A DNA stretch of 64,000 bases from positions 1 to 64,000 of the IMG/VR virus record IMGVR_UViG_3300049582_000032. One strand, given 5' to 3'. Within the stretch, counting starts at the first letter, position 1; every line of letters starts with the position of its first letter. A program made the position numbers and the translations under genes. Origin of the DNA: a virus. Shown in pieces: positions 10,533 to 20,983 of the stretch. The notes beneath the pieces were generated by a model. The model did no database searches and had not been told where the DNA came from. It saw only the letters and a list, made by a program, of their open reading frames with translations.

Positions 10533-11225
10533 ATGTTTTCCCCAATGTCGTCCTCCATGTCATCGACGATGCAAGGCGGGATCATCCCAGGCACGAAGTA
10601 TGATCCATGGTCCTGGATAACCGGCACTCCAAGCAGGGCGGACGACTTCACAGGGCTTGCCGCCAGCGCCGCCGTCAATGGCAGAACGCTTCCAACAGGT
10701 GGAGGAACATGGGTTGCGGATGCAGGATGGGTTGGCGTTGGCAATGGAACCGTCATGTCAAGCACAAACGGGCAAGCCGCGAAAGGCAACCTTGCGCACA
10801 GCAACTGCAAGGTCAGGATGATCTGGCATCCCGGATCGACAGGTGACAATCAGGTTAGCGTCTTTTGCAGAGATACCCAATCAACGGCGTTTCCAAGATA
10901 CGGGTTTCTTCTTTCAACGTATCCTGCCTATTCGTCAGGGCCACCAGCACAGGCAATCGCCGTGTACCGCAACGACGACTATAACTTCTCCAGGCTCGGA
11001 ACAGGCGCAGAGGACGGCTTCTATGAGGCTACGATCCTGAGAGACTGGAATGTCATGGAACTCAGGTGCGTCGGAACACTGATCTCGTGCTTCCTGAATG
11101 GCGTCAAGATAATCGAGTTAACGGATTCCGCATACTCAACATCGCGTTCCAGATGGGGGTTTGCACACACAAACCAGAGCAATACAGAGGCCAGGGTTAC
11201 TTACGTTGATTTTACGGTGCTTTAA
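10533..11225 (+). CDS. ConA/LamG-like (DUF1080-like) lectin-fold protein
   Basis: DDF..., WNVMELRCVGTLISCFLNG..I...TDS.Y...RWGF pattern. Confidence 0.6.
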   Translation: MFSPMSSSMSSTMQGGIIPGTKYDPWSWITGTPSRADDFTGLAASAAVNGRTLPTGGGTWVADAGWVGVGNGTVMSSTNGQAAKGNLAHSNCKVRMIWHPGSTGDNQVSVFCRDTQSTAFPRYGFLLSTYPAYSSGPPAQAIAVYRNDDYNFSRLGTGAEDGFYEATILRDWNVMELRCVGTLISCFLNGVKIIELTDSAYSTSRSRWGFAHTNQSNTEARVTYVDFTVL

Positions 11226-11250
11226 GAAGTCTTGAAGAGAAAGAAACAGC

Positions 11251-12060
11251 CTAGTAACCAATGCTAGATATTCCAGGTCTGTACCTTTGCCTCTTGTCAG
11301 TTGGCGACGGTTTAGTAATAGCATGGGTTTGAAACTCATGTATCAAGTACCGAGTGCAATCCATAAGATGATCGTATTCCTTAACGATCTTGCCATCTTC
11401 ATTCCTCCTGTACCACGTTATTTCCTCTCTCCAGTTCTGTAACGTGTTGAATACTCTTATTCGTCCTTCCGCAAACATCTCCTGGATACGATAGATTCCG
11501 CTTTCGACTGCATTCTTTGCCGGAACTAGATTCAATCCAAGTTCTGTGTACTGAGTGAACAGCCTTTGACCGTCCGTTGGGCTTCTGTTTCTGGAAGACG
11601 GATCGACAACACCAGGAATCCACGCACCTCTCGCCTTGATCGCTGCCGCATGAACGGATGGAAGTTCGTTTGCGGAGTAGTGCTCAGAATAGAGGTAAAC
11701 AATGCTCTCTTCTCTGTCCCAAGCGAGCCATAGGGCTGCTGTCCTTCTGATGCCGACATCAAGTGCGTACAATCTTGGCCAGAAAACGGGAATTTCAAAG
11801 GGTTTTATCAGGACATCCTTGACGTTGATCGGGTAGACGACGCCGCTCCCGATGGCCGGGATACCATGCTCACGGGCAGAGATCAGGTGAGGAGGCGTAG
11901 CGCGCCGCATTTCCTCCTTGGCTGTTTCGTCAAGGTGCGGAACGTCGTTCCACGTGATGGAAACCGTGGCTCTGGATTGGTTCAGTACCTTGATATCACG
12001 CAGGAGATCATGGTGCGTCAGGCCCGAAGCAGGATCGCTCCACTCTGGAGGCGTTGGCAT
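11251..12060 (-). CDS. Terminase large subunit, C-terminal half (lid plus RNase H-like nuclease), P22 gp2-like
   Basis: ITWNDVPHL, AREHGIP.IGSG.VY, LDVG..RTAALW.AWD, DPS, DHLMDCTRY; no Walker motifs. Confidence 0.9.
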   Translation of the reverse strand: MPTPPEWSDPASGLTHHDLLRDIKVLNQSRATVSITWNDVPHLDETAKEEMRRATPPHLISAREHGIPAIGSGVVYPINVKDVLIKPFEIPVFWPRLYALDVGIRRTAALWLAWDREESIVYLYSEHYSANELPSVHAAAIKARGAWIPGVVDPSSRNRSPTDGQRLFTQYTELGLNLVPAKNAVESGIYRIQEMFAEGRIRVFNTLQNWREEITWYRRNEDGKIVKEYDHLMDCTRYLIHEFQTHAITKPSPTDKRQRYRPGISSIGY

Positions 12061-12070
12061 GAAAGAACAC

Positions 12071-12274
12071 TTAAGCCGGTTCTGCCCCTCCGCTGTCCTT
12101 CCTGAAAATGCGCTTATCCGTGCTCATGCTGACAGGCTCTTGCGCTGGAGGCTGTGGCTGTTCAGGTTGAGGGTCTGGAATAGGAGGCATAGGCGGGATC
12201 GCGTATTGGCGGTTTTTCCTCGCAAGCCTCGCTTCTGCAAGCCATGCCCTGTAGTCTTCGTCATACTGTCTCAT
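12071..12274 (-). CDS. Small Pro/Gln-rich hypothetical protein
   Basis: ATG 12274 after AAAGGAGGG. Confidence 0.55.
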   Translation of the reverse strand: MRQYDEDYRAWLAEARLARKNRQYAIPPMPPIPDPQPEQPQPPAQEPVSMSTDKRIFRKDSGGAEPA

Positions 12275-12275
12275 G

Positions 12276-12304
12276 AAAAACCCTCCTTTGCTGGAAAGGA
12301 GGGC
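12276..12304 (-). terminator. Intrinsic terminator after nrdJ that also contains the next gene's SD
   Basis: Minus strand CCCTCCTTT-CCAGC-AAAGGAGGG-TTTTT. Confidence 0.75.
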
Positions 12305-12332
12305 TATTCTACACCTGATCCACGCTGTTCGT

Positions 12333-14078
12333 CTATGAGCAGGTTTTCTCACCAGTGGCCGGATCGTACATGCAAGCGGCCCCGTCTTGGCCGTTCGTAT
12401 CGAGAGAATTGAGAATACCCTTGCGGTAGCCTGCCGCCCGAAACGTTGTGCAACCCTTTGCTTTACTCTTATAGGCTCTCATATAGATGTCGCTAAACTC
12501 TTCCTCTGTAACCTCATCACCGATATTGCAGGTCTTTGAAACAGCTTGGTCAGTCCAATACTGAGCACGTGCCAGAACATCGACATGCTGGGTGGCCGTC
12601 ACCTCATCGGCGCACGTTCCAACGACACCGAACGCCATGAACGCATAGTTGAGAAGTTCCACCTCATCCTTGACGCCATTTCCGCGTGTGATAATGCGCT
12701 TCTGCCGGATGGAGAATGGAGGCTCTATTCCAGATGAAACATTGTCTCCAAAGAGAGAGATCGTTCCCGTTGGCGCTATGGAGTTGCATGTTCCGTTCCG
12801 GATGCCGTGTTTATAGATACCTTCCTGTAGATGCTCCGGAAGCTTCTTGATGTTCTCTCCCATTAGGAACTTGTCTCTGTCGAACAGAGGGAACGCACCC
12901 TTTCTGGAGGCGAGTTCAATAGAGGCCGCATAGCATTCGTTGCGAAGAGTCTCAAGAATCCTGTCTTGAAGATAAAGATATTCATCTGTTCCGTACTTCT
13001 CTCCCATGGCATGGATAGCGTCAGCAATTCCTGTGACACCGACGCCAACGCGCCGTTTGCTCTTTTGCTCGGCTTCCTGTGCGGGCGTGGGATAGCGGGT
13101 CTTGTCGATCACGTTATCCATCGCGGCAAAGAATGGTGCGATTGTTTTCTTGTAACCGTCCCAATCGAACTCCCACTTTGTTCCACCCCATCGAACGAGC
13201 TTGGCGATATTGATGCTTCCAAGAAGACATGCTCCATTTGCCGGCAGTGGAACTTCCCCGCATGGGTTTGTTCCAAGGATTTCTTCTACATACCATAAAT
13301 TGTTGAATTTATTGATTGTGTCTATGAACTGTACCCCAGGTTCCGCGTACTCCCAATTATTCTTCATGATCTTGTTCCACAGATCGCGCGCCCGGACTGT
13401 CTTGCGCCACTCTCCGTTGAAATGAAGATCGAACGGAAGGTCATTCTCGACGGCGAACATGAACTCATCGGTGCAGAGAACGGAAATGTTGAAATTCGTG
13501 AGCTTGTCGGAGTTGCGCTTGCAGTCTATAAACGCTTCGATGTCGGGATGATGACAGATCATTGTAGCCATCATTGCGCCTCTGCGATGACCTGATGACC
13601 GGATGGTGCGGCAACCTGTGTCATATATCTCCATGAAGCTGATCGGCCCGCTGGACGTTGAGCCAACTCCTTTGATTGGATCTCCTTCTGGACGAAGGTT
13701 GCTGAAGTTAAACCCGATCCCGCCTCCCTGCTGCATGGTGATCATGGCGTCATGGAAAACACTCAAGATGCCGTCATGCCCTGCAAGCGAGTCCAATATC
13801 ATTGGGGCATGGAAGCAGTTCTTATAAGTAACGCTCTTGCCTGTCCCTGATGCCGCCCATATACGCCCAGCCGGAACATTTATCTGTCTTTGGAGGCCAT
13901 CGAAGAGAGCGTCCCGGTGTGCTTCATCATCAGCCAGATCACAGGCGAGTCTCCAGCAGGCTTCAGTAAATGTCTCGTGCTCGTGTGCTGCGTATTTGTC
14001 CCTGAAGATCTGAATAGCTGCTTCGGTTTTGGGGCCATAGGAAGCAACAGTTGAGAAATCTTGGAGCATTCCGTCCAT
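12333..14078 (-). CDS. nrdJ: Class II (adenosylcobalamin-dependent) ribonucleotide reductase
   Basis: PAGRI, NCF, GGGIGFNFSNLRP, RRGAMM, TNPCGE, IAPTGTIS, SKT.N, C-terminal Cys pair; no nrdB seen in window. Confidence 0.9.
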   Translation of the reverse strand: MDGMLQDFSTVASYGPKTEAAIQIFRDKYAAHEHETFTEACWRLACDLADDEAHRDALFDGLQRQINVPAGRIWAASGTGKSVTYKNCFHAPMILDSLAGHDGILSVFHDAMITMQQGGGIGFNFSNLRPEGDPIKGVGSTSSGPISFMEIYDTGCRTIRSSGHRRGAMMATMICHHPDIEAFIDCKRNSDKLTNFNISVLCTDEFMFAVENDLPFDLHFNGEWRKTVRARDLWNKIMKNNWEYAEPGVQFIDTINKFNNLWYVEEILGTNPCGEVPLPANGACLLGSINIAKLVRWGGTKWEFDWDGYKKTIAPFFAAMDNVIDKTRYPTPAQEAEQKSKRRVGVGVTGIADAIHAMGEKYGTDEYLYLQDRILETLRNECYAASIELASRKGAFPLFDRDKFLMGENIKKLPEHLQEGIYKHGIRNGTCNSIAPTGTISLFGDNVSSGIEPPFSIRQKRIITRGNGVKDEVELLNYAFMAFGVVGTCADEVTATQHVDVLARAQYWTDQAVSKTCNIGDEVTEEEFSDIYMRAYKSKAKGCTTFRAAGYRKGILNSLDTNGQDGAACMYDPATGEKTCS

Positions 14079-14345
14079 AACGTTACTTATCCCTTACTCA
14101 GAGTTGGACACAGTTCAACCGATCAGAGGAACGTGCCTCTGTTTTTTTGACTTCTGACGCGGTGTGTTATTCTGCCGAAAACCCCAAAGGTATACCAGAT
14201 CTTGTGTCCTGGCTCAAGGCGAAAAAGTTGCATTCCAGCGAATAAACGACTTGACTTCGCTGATAGGCTTTATCTTGACCCCGACTTCCCGCATGGGTAT
14301 CATCACCATTGCTGTGTAGAATGAGAAGTCAGGCCGAAGGTCCTC

Positions 14346-14531
14346 ATGCCTCCTTTCCCAGGCCAGAAAATGTCAACGAACATGGCCTCCTCCATGGTTA
14401 TTGGTGGCGAATCCGTTCCCGCCGATCTGGAGGGGGAACTCATGTTCTATGGCATCACGAGCGATGACGGACTCGTTCTCAGATACGGCCCCGATCCAAA
14501 TGATGAAATGTGGTATGGCGCACCCCCGTAA
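14346..14531 (+). CDS. Small tail-module protein
   Basis: ATG after GAAGG; its stop directly abuts the ATG of the large fibre gene. Confidence 0.55.
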   Translation: MPPFPGQKMSTNMASSMVIGGESVPADLEGELMFYGITSDDGLVLRYGPDPNDEMWYGAPP

Positions 14532-17500
14532 ATGGCCATCAATGTAAAGACAACAGAAGTACCAGACCTGCTGATCGCCCCAGGGAGAACAGCAGGCCAA
14601 CTCAACACCATCGTCAACTCAGCCACAACCAGCATCTCCACCCTCCAGGATGACGTTGCCGCCGTTGAGGGGGCGCTTACCGCAACGCAAGGCGATGTCA
14701 CTACCCTTCAAGACGAACTTTCCGACGCCCAAGGGGACATCACCACTCTTCAGGGAACAGCACACGCCGCCGTTACACTTGCAGGAGAGTCATATCTCTC
14801 CCTGTCAGGCCAGCAGATCACGGCGAATGAGGTCAATCTCTCAACCCAAGTCACCGGGAACCTGCCGGTAACGAACTTGAATGGCGGAACCAATGCGTCC
14901 GCAAGCACGTACCTTCGTGGCGATGGAGTGTGGGCCACACCCGAAACAGGGACAACATACACAGACGAGAGTGCACAGGACGCCGTTGGCGGGGTGCTTG
15001 CCTCTTCCACAAGCATTACTCTCACCTACAACGATGCAACACCGTCCATCACGGCTACAGCAAACTTCGGATCAACCGCTGGCACGATAGCGGAAGGAAA
15101 TCACACCCACGCTGGCGTATATCAGCCATTGGATGCGGAACTGACAGCGCTTGCAGGTCTGACATCGGCGGAAAACACGCTTGGATACTTCACAGGATCG
15201 GGTACGGCCACCACAACCCAACTGACCGCATTCGGGCGTTCGCTCATCGATGACGCGGATGCCGCAACCGCACAAGACACCCTTGGGCTTGGCACGATTG
15301 CAACGCAAGCCGCAAACAATGTCACCATCACGGGCGGCGCTATATCCGGGATAACCGATCTCGCAATCACCGATGGCGGAACCGGATCATCCACTGCCGC
15401 TGGGGCCTTCAGCAATCTCAAGCAGGACGCAACAGAAGGCGCGACGGGTGTTGTCGAACTCGCAACAAGCACGGAAGTTGCCACAGGCACCGACACCACA
15501 AGGGCAGTCACTCCTGCCGGGATCGCGGCAAATTATCAACCGCTGGCGGCAAAGCTGACATCTCTTACTGGTCTTTCCGCATCCGCAGACAGAATAGCCT
15601 ATTTTAACGGTACTGATACCCTTGCGCTTACCAACTTGACATCGTGGGCAAGAACCCTCCTTGACGATGGAAGCGCGACAACAGCAAGGGGAACGCTAAA
15701 CCTCAATACGATGTCTACACAAGCCGCCAATAACGTTACGATCACTGGCGGCTCCATCACTGCAATTACTGATTTGGCAATCGAGGATGGAGGCACTGGA
15801 GCCAGCACAGCTTCCGGCGCTTTCGACAATATCAAGCAACCCGCTTCCGAAACTTCAACAGGTGTCGTTGAACTTGCCACAACCGCTGAAGCCCAGGCAG
15901 GCACGGACACCACGAGAGCAGTCACACCGGCTGGACTTGCAGCAGCCAATACTCCGGTTACGCTTGCTGGCAGCCTCGATTATCTCACGTTGAACGGGCA
16001 GCAGATCACCAGAAACCCGGTCGATCTCGCTACCGACGTTACCGGCAACCTTCCCATAACCAACCTCGCGTCAGGAACGAACGCCGACAACACCACATAC
16101 CTTCGCGGCGACGGACAGTGGGCTGTTCCATCCGGCACAGGAGGCTACACTGATGAAGCGGCCCAGGACGCCGTGGGCGGAATTGTCTCTTCGTCGGATT
16201 CCATCACACTCACTTATACGGATACAACACCGTCCATTGTCGCAACGGCCATTTTCGGAACGACAGCCGGTACTGTATGCGAGGGAGATGATTCCAGACT
16301 TCATGACCCTGTAACCCTTGCCGGTACACCTGACTACCTCACCATTGACGCACTGACGCAAGTTGTAACACGCGCCCTGATCAATCTTGCAAGCCATGTT
16401 ACCGGAACGCTTCCCATCGGCAGCGGCGGTACGGGAGAGGCAACAGCGGCAGCGGCTTTCGCGGCATTGAAGCAGGTTGCATCCGAGACAGCAACAGGCG
16501 TTGTTGAACTCGCAACGGTTGCTGAAGCGGTAGCGGGAACGGATACAGAACGCGCTGTCACCCCGGCTGGACTAGCGGCAGCAATCCCGGACCCCTTTGC
16601 AGACCCGGAACTTGGGGCCATCGCGGGTCTTACGTCAGCAGCAAATGCGCTTCCATACTTTACCGGATCAGGAACAGCGGATGTCACCACGCTTTCCGCT
16701 TTTGGAAGAACGCTCATTGACGATGCCGACAACACGGCAGCCAGGACGACTCTTGGCTTGGGGTCAATGGCAACGCAGGTTTCCAGCAATGTTGCCATAA
16801 CCGGGGGTACGATCACCGGAATTCCAGCCAGCGATACCACAACCGGCGTTATAGAACTTGCCACGAATGCTGAGGTTGCAGCCGGAACAGATACCGCACG
16901 TGCAGTTACTCCGGCAGGGGCAGCATCGTTTTACCAGCCCCTTGACGCAGAACTAACCGCTCTTGCCGGCCTTACGTCAGCGGCAGACAAGGTTCCTTAT
17001 TTCACTGGTTCCGGTACAGCAGGTGTATCCAACCTGACATCGTTTGCCAGAACGCTTCTCGACGACGACAATAATACGACAGCAAGAGGAACGCTTGGGC
17101 TTGGCACGATTGCGACACAAGCAGCGGATAACGTTACGATTACGGGTGGTTCAGTATCCGGCATTACGGATATCGCAATTGGTGATGGAGGCACGGGAGC
17201 GTCAACGGCTCTTGCAGGATTTGACAACCTGAAACAAGCCGCAACAGATGCTTACACAGGAGTCGTAGAACTTGCGACCAATGCCGAAGTCGCAACAGGG
17301 ACAGATACAACCCGCGCTGTCACTCCGGCAGGCGCTGCTTCCAGGTATCAGCCGCTTGAAACAAAGCTTACCGCTTTTTCGGGTCTTTCACCCGTTGCCG
17401 ATAGGATGCCTTATTTCACAGGCACTGGAACCATGGATATATGCGATCTCACACCATGGGCCAGAACGCTTCTCAACGACGGAAGTGCAATTACCGCTAG

Positions 17501-19403
17501 GGGAACGCTCAATCTCGGAACGATTTCTACACATGCCGCAGATAACGTTGCTATTACCGGCGGCTCCATCACCGGCATTACAGATCTAGCGATATCCGAT
17601 GGAGGTACCGGAGCCGGAACAGCGGCAGATGCCTTTACAAACCTGAAACAACCTGCATCTGAAACGGCAACAGGTGTTGTTGAATTAGCGACACTGGCGG
17701 AAGTCGCAACCGGCACAGACACTGCCCGTGCAGTTACTCCTGCTGGGGTGGCAAGCGTTCTTCATGCGCCCGTAACCTTAGCCGGAACACCGGACTACAT
17801 CACCATGACGGGGCAGCAGATCACCAGGAATGCGGTTGATCTTGCGGCGGACATAACAGGCAATCTTCCTATCGCGAACCTAAACGGTGGAACGGATGCT
17901 TCCGAAACAACCTACTGGCGCGGCGATGGAACGTGGGCTGCCCCATCAGGGACTGGTGGATATACGGATGAAGAAGCCCAGGACGCAGTTGGTACGATCC
18001 TTGCCGACTCCTCTTCCATCAACTTTACCTATACAGACGCAACGCCAGAAATAACGGCTGCCGCTATCTTTGGGACAACCGCTGGCACGGTTGCGGAGGG
18101 CAATCACAATCACGACGCAACTTATCAGCCACTTGAAGCAAAGCTCACCGCGTTTTCAGGGCTTTCCCCAATTGCTGACAGAATGCCATATTTTACCGGC
18201 ACCAACACCATGGATATATGCGATCTCACGCCGTGGGCCCGGACTCTTCTCAACGACGGAAGTGCTGCAACAGCGAGAGGAACGCTACTCCTCGGAACCA
18301 TAGCAACCCAGGCAGCGGATAACGTCTCCATCACAGGCGGTTCCGTCACTGGAGTCACAGATATCACCGTGGCCGATGGCGGAACAGGTGCTTCTACTGC
18401 TGCCGGCGGATTCGATAACCTGAAACAGGCCGCAACAGAGACCTACACAGGTGTCGTTGAACTCGCAACGAATGCAGAAGTTGCAACTGGCACGGATACG
18501 ACACGCGCTGTCACTCCTGCCGGTGTTGCATCAGTCCTGCACTCTGCTGTAACGCTCGCTGGGACACCAGACTACATCACGCTCAGCGGCCAGCAAATTA
18601 CGCGTGGGCTGATCGACCTTACGACCGATATTACCGGCAATCTTCCTGTCGGCCACCTTGGTTCCGGCACGAACGCGAGTTCAAGCACGTACTTGCGCGG
18701 GGATATGACGTGGCAGACGGTGACGGGCGGCCTTGCAGAGGCAACCAGCACGCAAGTCAGGACCGGGACTGCTGGAGTCGCGATCAGTCCAAGCGTAAGG
18801 AACGCTGCCAACGCTCCTGTTACTCTGACAGACGCGGCAACGGTTGCGATCGATATGAATGCCGGGCTTGTATTTCAGCTCACGCTTGGCGGCAACCGGA
18901 CAATGGGTCAGCCGACAAACCAGAAAGTTGGTCAAAGCGGTCAATTCGTCATTCTACAGGACGGAACAGGCGGGCGGACGCTCGCATGGCACGCGGATTT
19001 CAAGTTCAGCGGAGGCACTCCGGTCATTCCTCCAGCGGCAAATGCCTGGTGCGTTGTTGCTTATTATATCAGAGCAGCAAACGATATCGTTTGTGCCACG
19101 AGCGTGGATACAAGCAGGCTCCTGACTGTTACGGAGAGCGGTACGTCGCGAACGAACACATCAGCCGATGCCGGGAATTGGGTACGTTGGACATCAACAT
19201 CGGCTAAAACGTTCACCATTGCGAACAGCGTTGCGTCAGCCGGCGACGTATGGAGCGGAATCAATGCAGCGGCCTCTGGAACCCTGACCCTCGTAGCTGG
19301 CAGCGGCGTTACACTGACGGGCGCTCTGGCGTTTGCTTCCCTGAAATCCTACTCCATTCGCTTTGTCTCAGCATCTGCCGCTGATGTTGTTGGTGGTGCC
19401 TGA
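14532..19403 (+). CDS. Long modular tail fibre (1623 aa)
   Basis: N-terminal coiled coil; recurring YQPLDAELTALAGL...TGVVELAT.AEV.TGTDT.RAVTPAG and VTLAG.PDY...TGNLP...YLRGDG modules. Confidence 0.88.
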   Translation: MAINVKTTEVPDLLIAPGRTAGQLNTIVNSATTSISTLQDDVAAVEGALTATQGDVTTLQDELSDAQGDITTLQGTAHAAVTLAGESYLSLSGQQITANEVNLSTQVTGNLPVTNLNGGTNASASTYLRGDGVWATPETGTTYTDESAQDAVGGVLASSTSITLTYNDATPSITATANFGSTAGTIAEGNHTHAGVYQPLDAELTALAGLTSAENTLGYFTGSGTATTTQLTAFGRSLIDDADAATAQDTLGLGTIATQAANNVTITGGAISGITDLAITDGGTGSSTAAGAFSNLKQDATEGATGVVELATSTEVATGTDTTRAVTPAGIAANYQPLAAKLTSLTGLSASADRIAYFNGTDTLALTNLTSWARTLLDDGSATTARGTLNLNTMSTQAANNVTITGGSITAITDLAIEDGGTGASTASGAFDNIKQPASETSTGVVELATTAEAQAGTDTTRAVTPAGLAAANTPVTLAGSLDYLTLNGQQITRNPVDLATDVTGNLPITNLASGTNADNTTYLRGDGQWAVPSGTGGYTDEAAQDAVGGIVSSSDSITLTYTDTTPSIVATAIFGTTAGTVCEGDDSRLHDPVTLAGTPDYLTIDALTQVVTRALINLASHVTGTLPIGSGGTGEATAAAAFAALKQVASETATGVVELATVAEAVAGTDTERAVTPAGLAAAIPDPFADPELGAIAGLTSAANALPYFTGSGTADVTTLSAFGRTLIDDADNTAARTTLGLGSMATQVSSNVAITGGTITGIPASDTTTGVIELATNAEVAAGTDTARAVTPAGAASFYQPLDAELTALAGLTSAADKVPYFTGSGTAGVSNLTSFARTLLDDDNNTTARGTLGLGTIATQAADNVTITGGSVSGITDIAIGDGGTGASTALAGFDNLKQAATDAYTGVVELATNAEVATGTDTTRAVTPAGAASRYQPLETKLTAFSGLSPVADRMPYFTGTGTMDICDLTPWARTLLNDGSAITARGTLNLGTISTHAADNVAITGGSITGITDLAISDGGTGAGTAADAFTNLKQPASETATGVVELATLAEVATGTDTARAVTPAGVASVLHAPVTLAGTPDYITMTGQQITRNAVDLAADITGNLPIANLNGGTDASETTYWRGDGTWAAPSGTGGYTDEEAQDAVGTILADSSSINFTYTDATPEITAAAIFGTTAGTVAEGNHNHDATYQPLEAKLTAFSGLSPIADRMPYFTGTNTMDICDLTPWARTLLNDGSAATARGTLLLGTIATQAADNVSITGGSVTGVTDITVADGGTGASTAAGGFDNLKQAATETYTGVVELATNAEVATGTDTTRAVTPAGVASVLHSAVTLAGTPDYITLSGQQITRGLIDLTTDITGNLPVGHLGSGTNASSSTYLRGDMTWQTVTGGLAEATSTQVRTGTAGVAISPSVRNAANAPVTLTDAATVAIDMNAGLVFQLTLGGNRTMGQPTNQKVGQSGQFVILQDGTGGRTLAWHADFKFSGGTPVIPPAANAWCVVAYYIRAANDIVCATSVDTSRLLTVTESGTSRTNTSADAGNWVRWTSTSAKTFTIANSVASAGDVWSGINAAASGTLTLVAGSGVTLTGALAFASLKSYSIRFVSASAADVVGGA

Positions 19404-19406
19404 TCG

Positions 19407-20090
19407 ATGCACCTCTCACCGTTCTTCTTCTCTCCATTTCAGAGGCAACGTCAGGAAGTCTTCCCGATCGTAATGTCTATCACGCCAACTGAGGTCGGAT
19501 CGGGAACTTCGCACGATGTTTCTCTCGGAACGACCGTCAACTCTGGTGACTTACTGATCATGCTTGCTGCATCGGATGGAGGCACGGCTGATGTTCCCAC
19601 CACAGCGGCTGCAAACTGGACCACGATAGAGGATTTCAGCAACGCTCAGGCCGGTGGTGCGATTTTCAAGAAGCTGGCGGATGGAACGGAAGGCGGCACA
19701 ACGATCAACGTCGCAACAGCTTCTACAGAGGCTGTGGCTGCTCAAGTCTACCGCATCCGGAACTGGTCCGGGAATATCGCTGACGTTGCCGTTGTCGGGA
19801 CACCCGGCGCAGGGACGGACGCAACAGCGGAACCTCCCGCATTGACTCCGGGGTTCAACACAATTCATACGCTCTGGATCTGCGGTTCCGTCACATCAGC
19901 GGCCTTATCACTCAACAGCGGTCCTACGGACTACACACCCACGTTCAACGGCTCCAGCGGAACAGGATTTGGCCAGCTCGCGACCGCATGGAGACAGCTT
20001 GCCGCCGCGTCAACCACACCGGGTGCATTTACATACTCCGCAGCAACAACTTGGAGTTCAACGACCATTGCCGTTAAGGGCTTGGTCTAA
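19407..20090 (+). CDS. Tail-tip / adhesin-like beta protein
   Basis: Follows the fibre; SGDLLI..., WT.I, KLADGTEG pattern common in fibre-associated proteins. Confidence 0.6.
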   Translation: MHLSPFFFSPFQRQRQEVFPIVMSITPTEVGSGTSHDVSLGTTVNSGDLLIMLAASDGGTADVPTTAAANWTTIEDFSNAQAGGAIFKKLADGTEGGTTINVATASTEAVAAQVYRIRNWSGNIADVAVVGTPGAGTDATAEPPALTPGFNTIHTLWICGSVTSAALSLNSGPTDYTPTFNGSSGTGFGQLATAWRQLAAASTTPGAFTYSAATTWSSTTIAVKGLV

Positions 20091-20111
20091 CCATGAAAGG
20101 AATACAGTAAA

Positions 20112-20414
20112 ATGCCGTTCTCAGGTACAACGTTCTCAGAGATCGAATCCGCAAGGCTGAAAGTCGCAGATATCATATCTCAGAACAAGTCACGCATAGA
20201 ATACACCGATGGTGAATACGGAAGGATCGTGTCAGCAATGTCAGCGGCTGGTGCAGAATACGGACCACTTGTTGATGCGGCTGCAAATCTTTTGGCAACA
20301 GATCCAACGAACGAGTCCTATATCGTTCTTAATCAGTTCGTGCAAAACCACCTGGCGGATTTCAACGCAGTCAGCGCGGAAGCAGCTACAAAGGATCAAC
20401 TGGTTAATAGCTAG
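20112..20414 (+). CDS. Hypothetical helical protein in tail module
   Basis: AAAGGA SD; co-oriented with tail genes. Confidence 0.65.
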   Translation: MPFSGTTFSEIESARLKVADIISQNKSRIEYTDGEYGRIVSAMSAAGAEYGPLVDAAANLLATDPTNESYIVLNQFVQNHLADFNAVSAEAATKDQLVNS

Positions 20415-20423
20415 AACGAAATC

Positions 20424-20957
20424 ATGAGGCCATTATCAGGAACATTCGGACAACAGGTTGCCGGCGCAACAGAATACTCTATATGGGGAAGCACGACAGT
20501 CGGGACAGAAAACGTTGATCCGCTGGAGCCAAATATTGTCATCGGGACAAAGTTCAAGACAAATACAAACGGGAATATAATAGCCTGTAGGTGGCAGAGG
20601 ATAAGCGGTCAGGCCCAGGCCACATCGTTCGCTTTGTATCAGGGGTCAACAAATATCTCAGGAACAAATACAATATCAGGTGGAACAGACTCAGGATGGC
20701 AGCGGCAGAACTTTTCATCCGCCCAGAGTGTTACGTCTGGAACAATATATATGATTTGCCTGCTGCATCCAGGATTACCAACGGCATATTACGTTACAGG
20801 TGCTTTTTTCGCTTCTGCTTACACGAATGGACCGCTGACAGCAGTAGCAACTTCTGAATCATCAAACGGTCTCTATGAATACTCACCAACCATGGTAGCC
20901 CCGACAAATAACTTTAATAATACGTGTTATTACATTGACGTTGTTTTTACATCCTAA
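20424..20957 (+). CDS. DUF4082-like domain protein
   Basis: IGTKF..., SGWQ..NFS, NGLY.Y, PTN.FN...YYIDVVF. Confidence 0.75.
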   Translation: MRPLSGTFGQQVAGATEYSIWGSTTVGTENVDPLEPNIVIGTKFKTNTNGNIIACRWQRISGQAQATSFALYQGSTNISGTNTISGGTDSGWQRQNFSSAQSVTSGTIYMICLLHPGLPTAYYVTGAFFASAYTNGPLTAVATSESSNGLYEYSPTMVAPTNNFNNTCYYIDVVFTS

Positions 20958-20983
20958 TCACATCACGCGCCAAAGGAAAACCG

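Noticed and set aside
10530-14534. Genome-wide stop-codon reassignment
   Set aside because: Conserved genes end properly at TAG, TAA and TGA and are not interrupted.
14532-19403. Repeats as a CRISPR array or DGR template/variable pair
   Set aside because: They are in-frame protein repeats; no adenine-specific variation noticed and no reverse transcriptase in the window.
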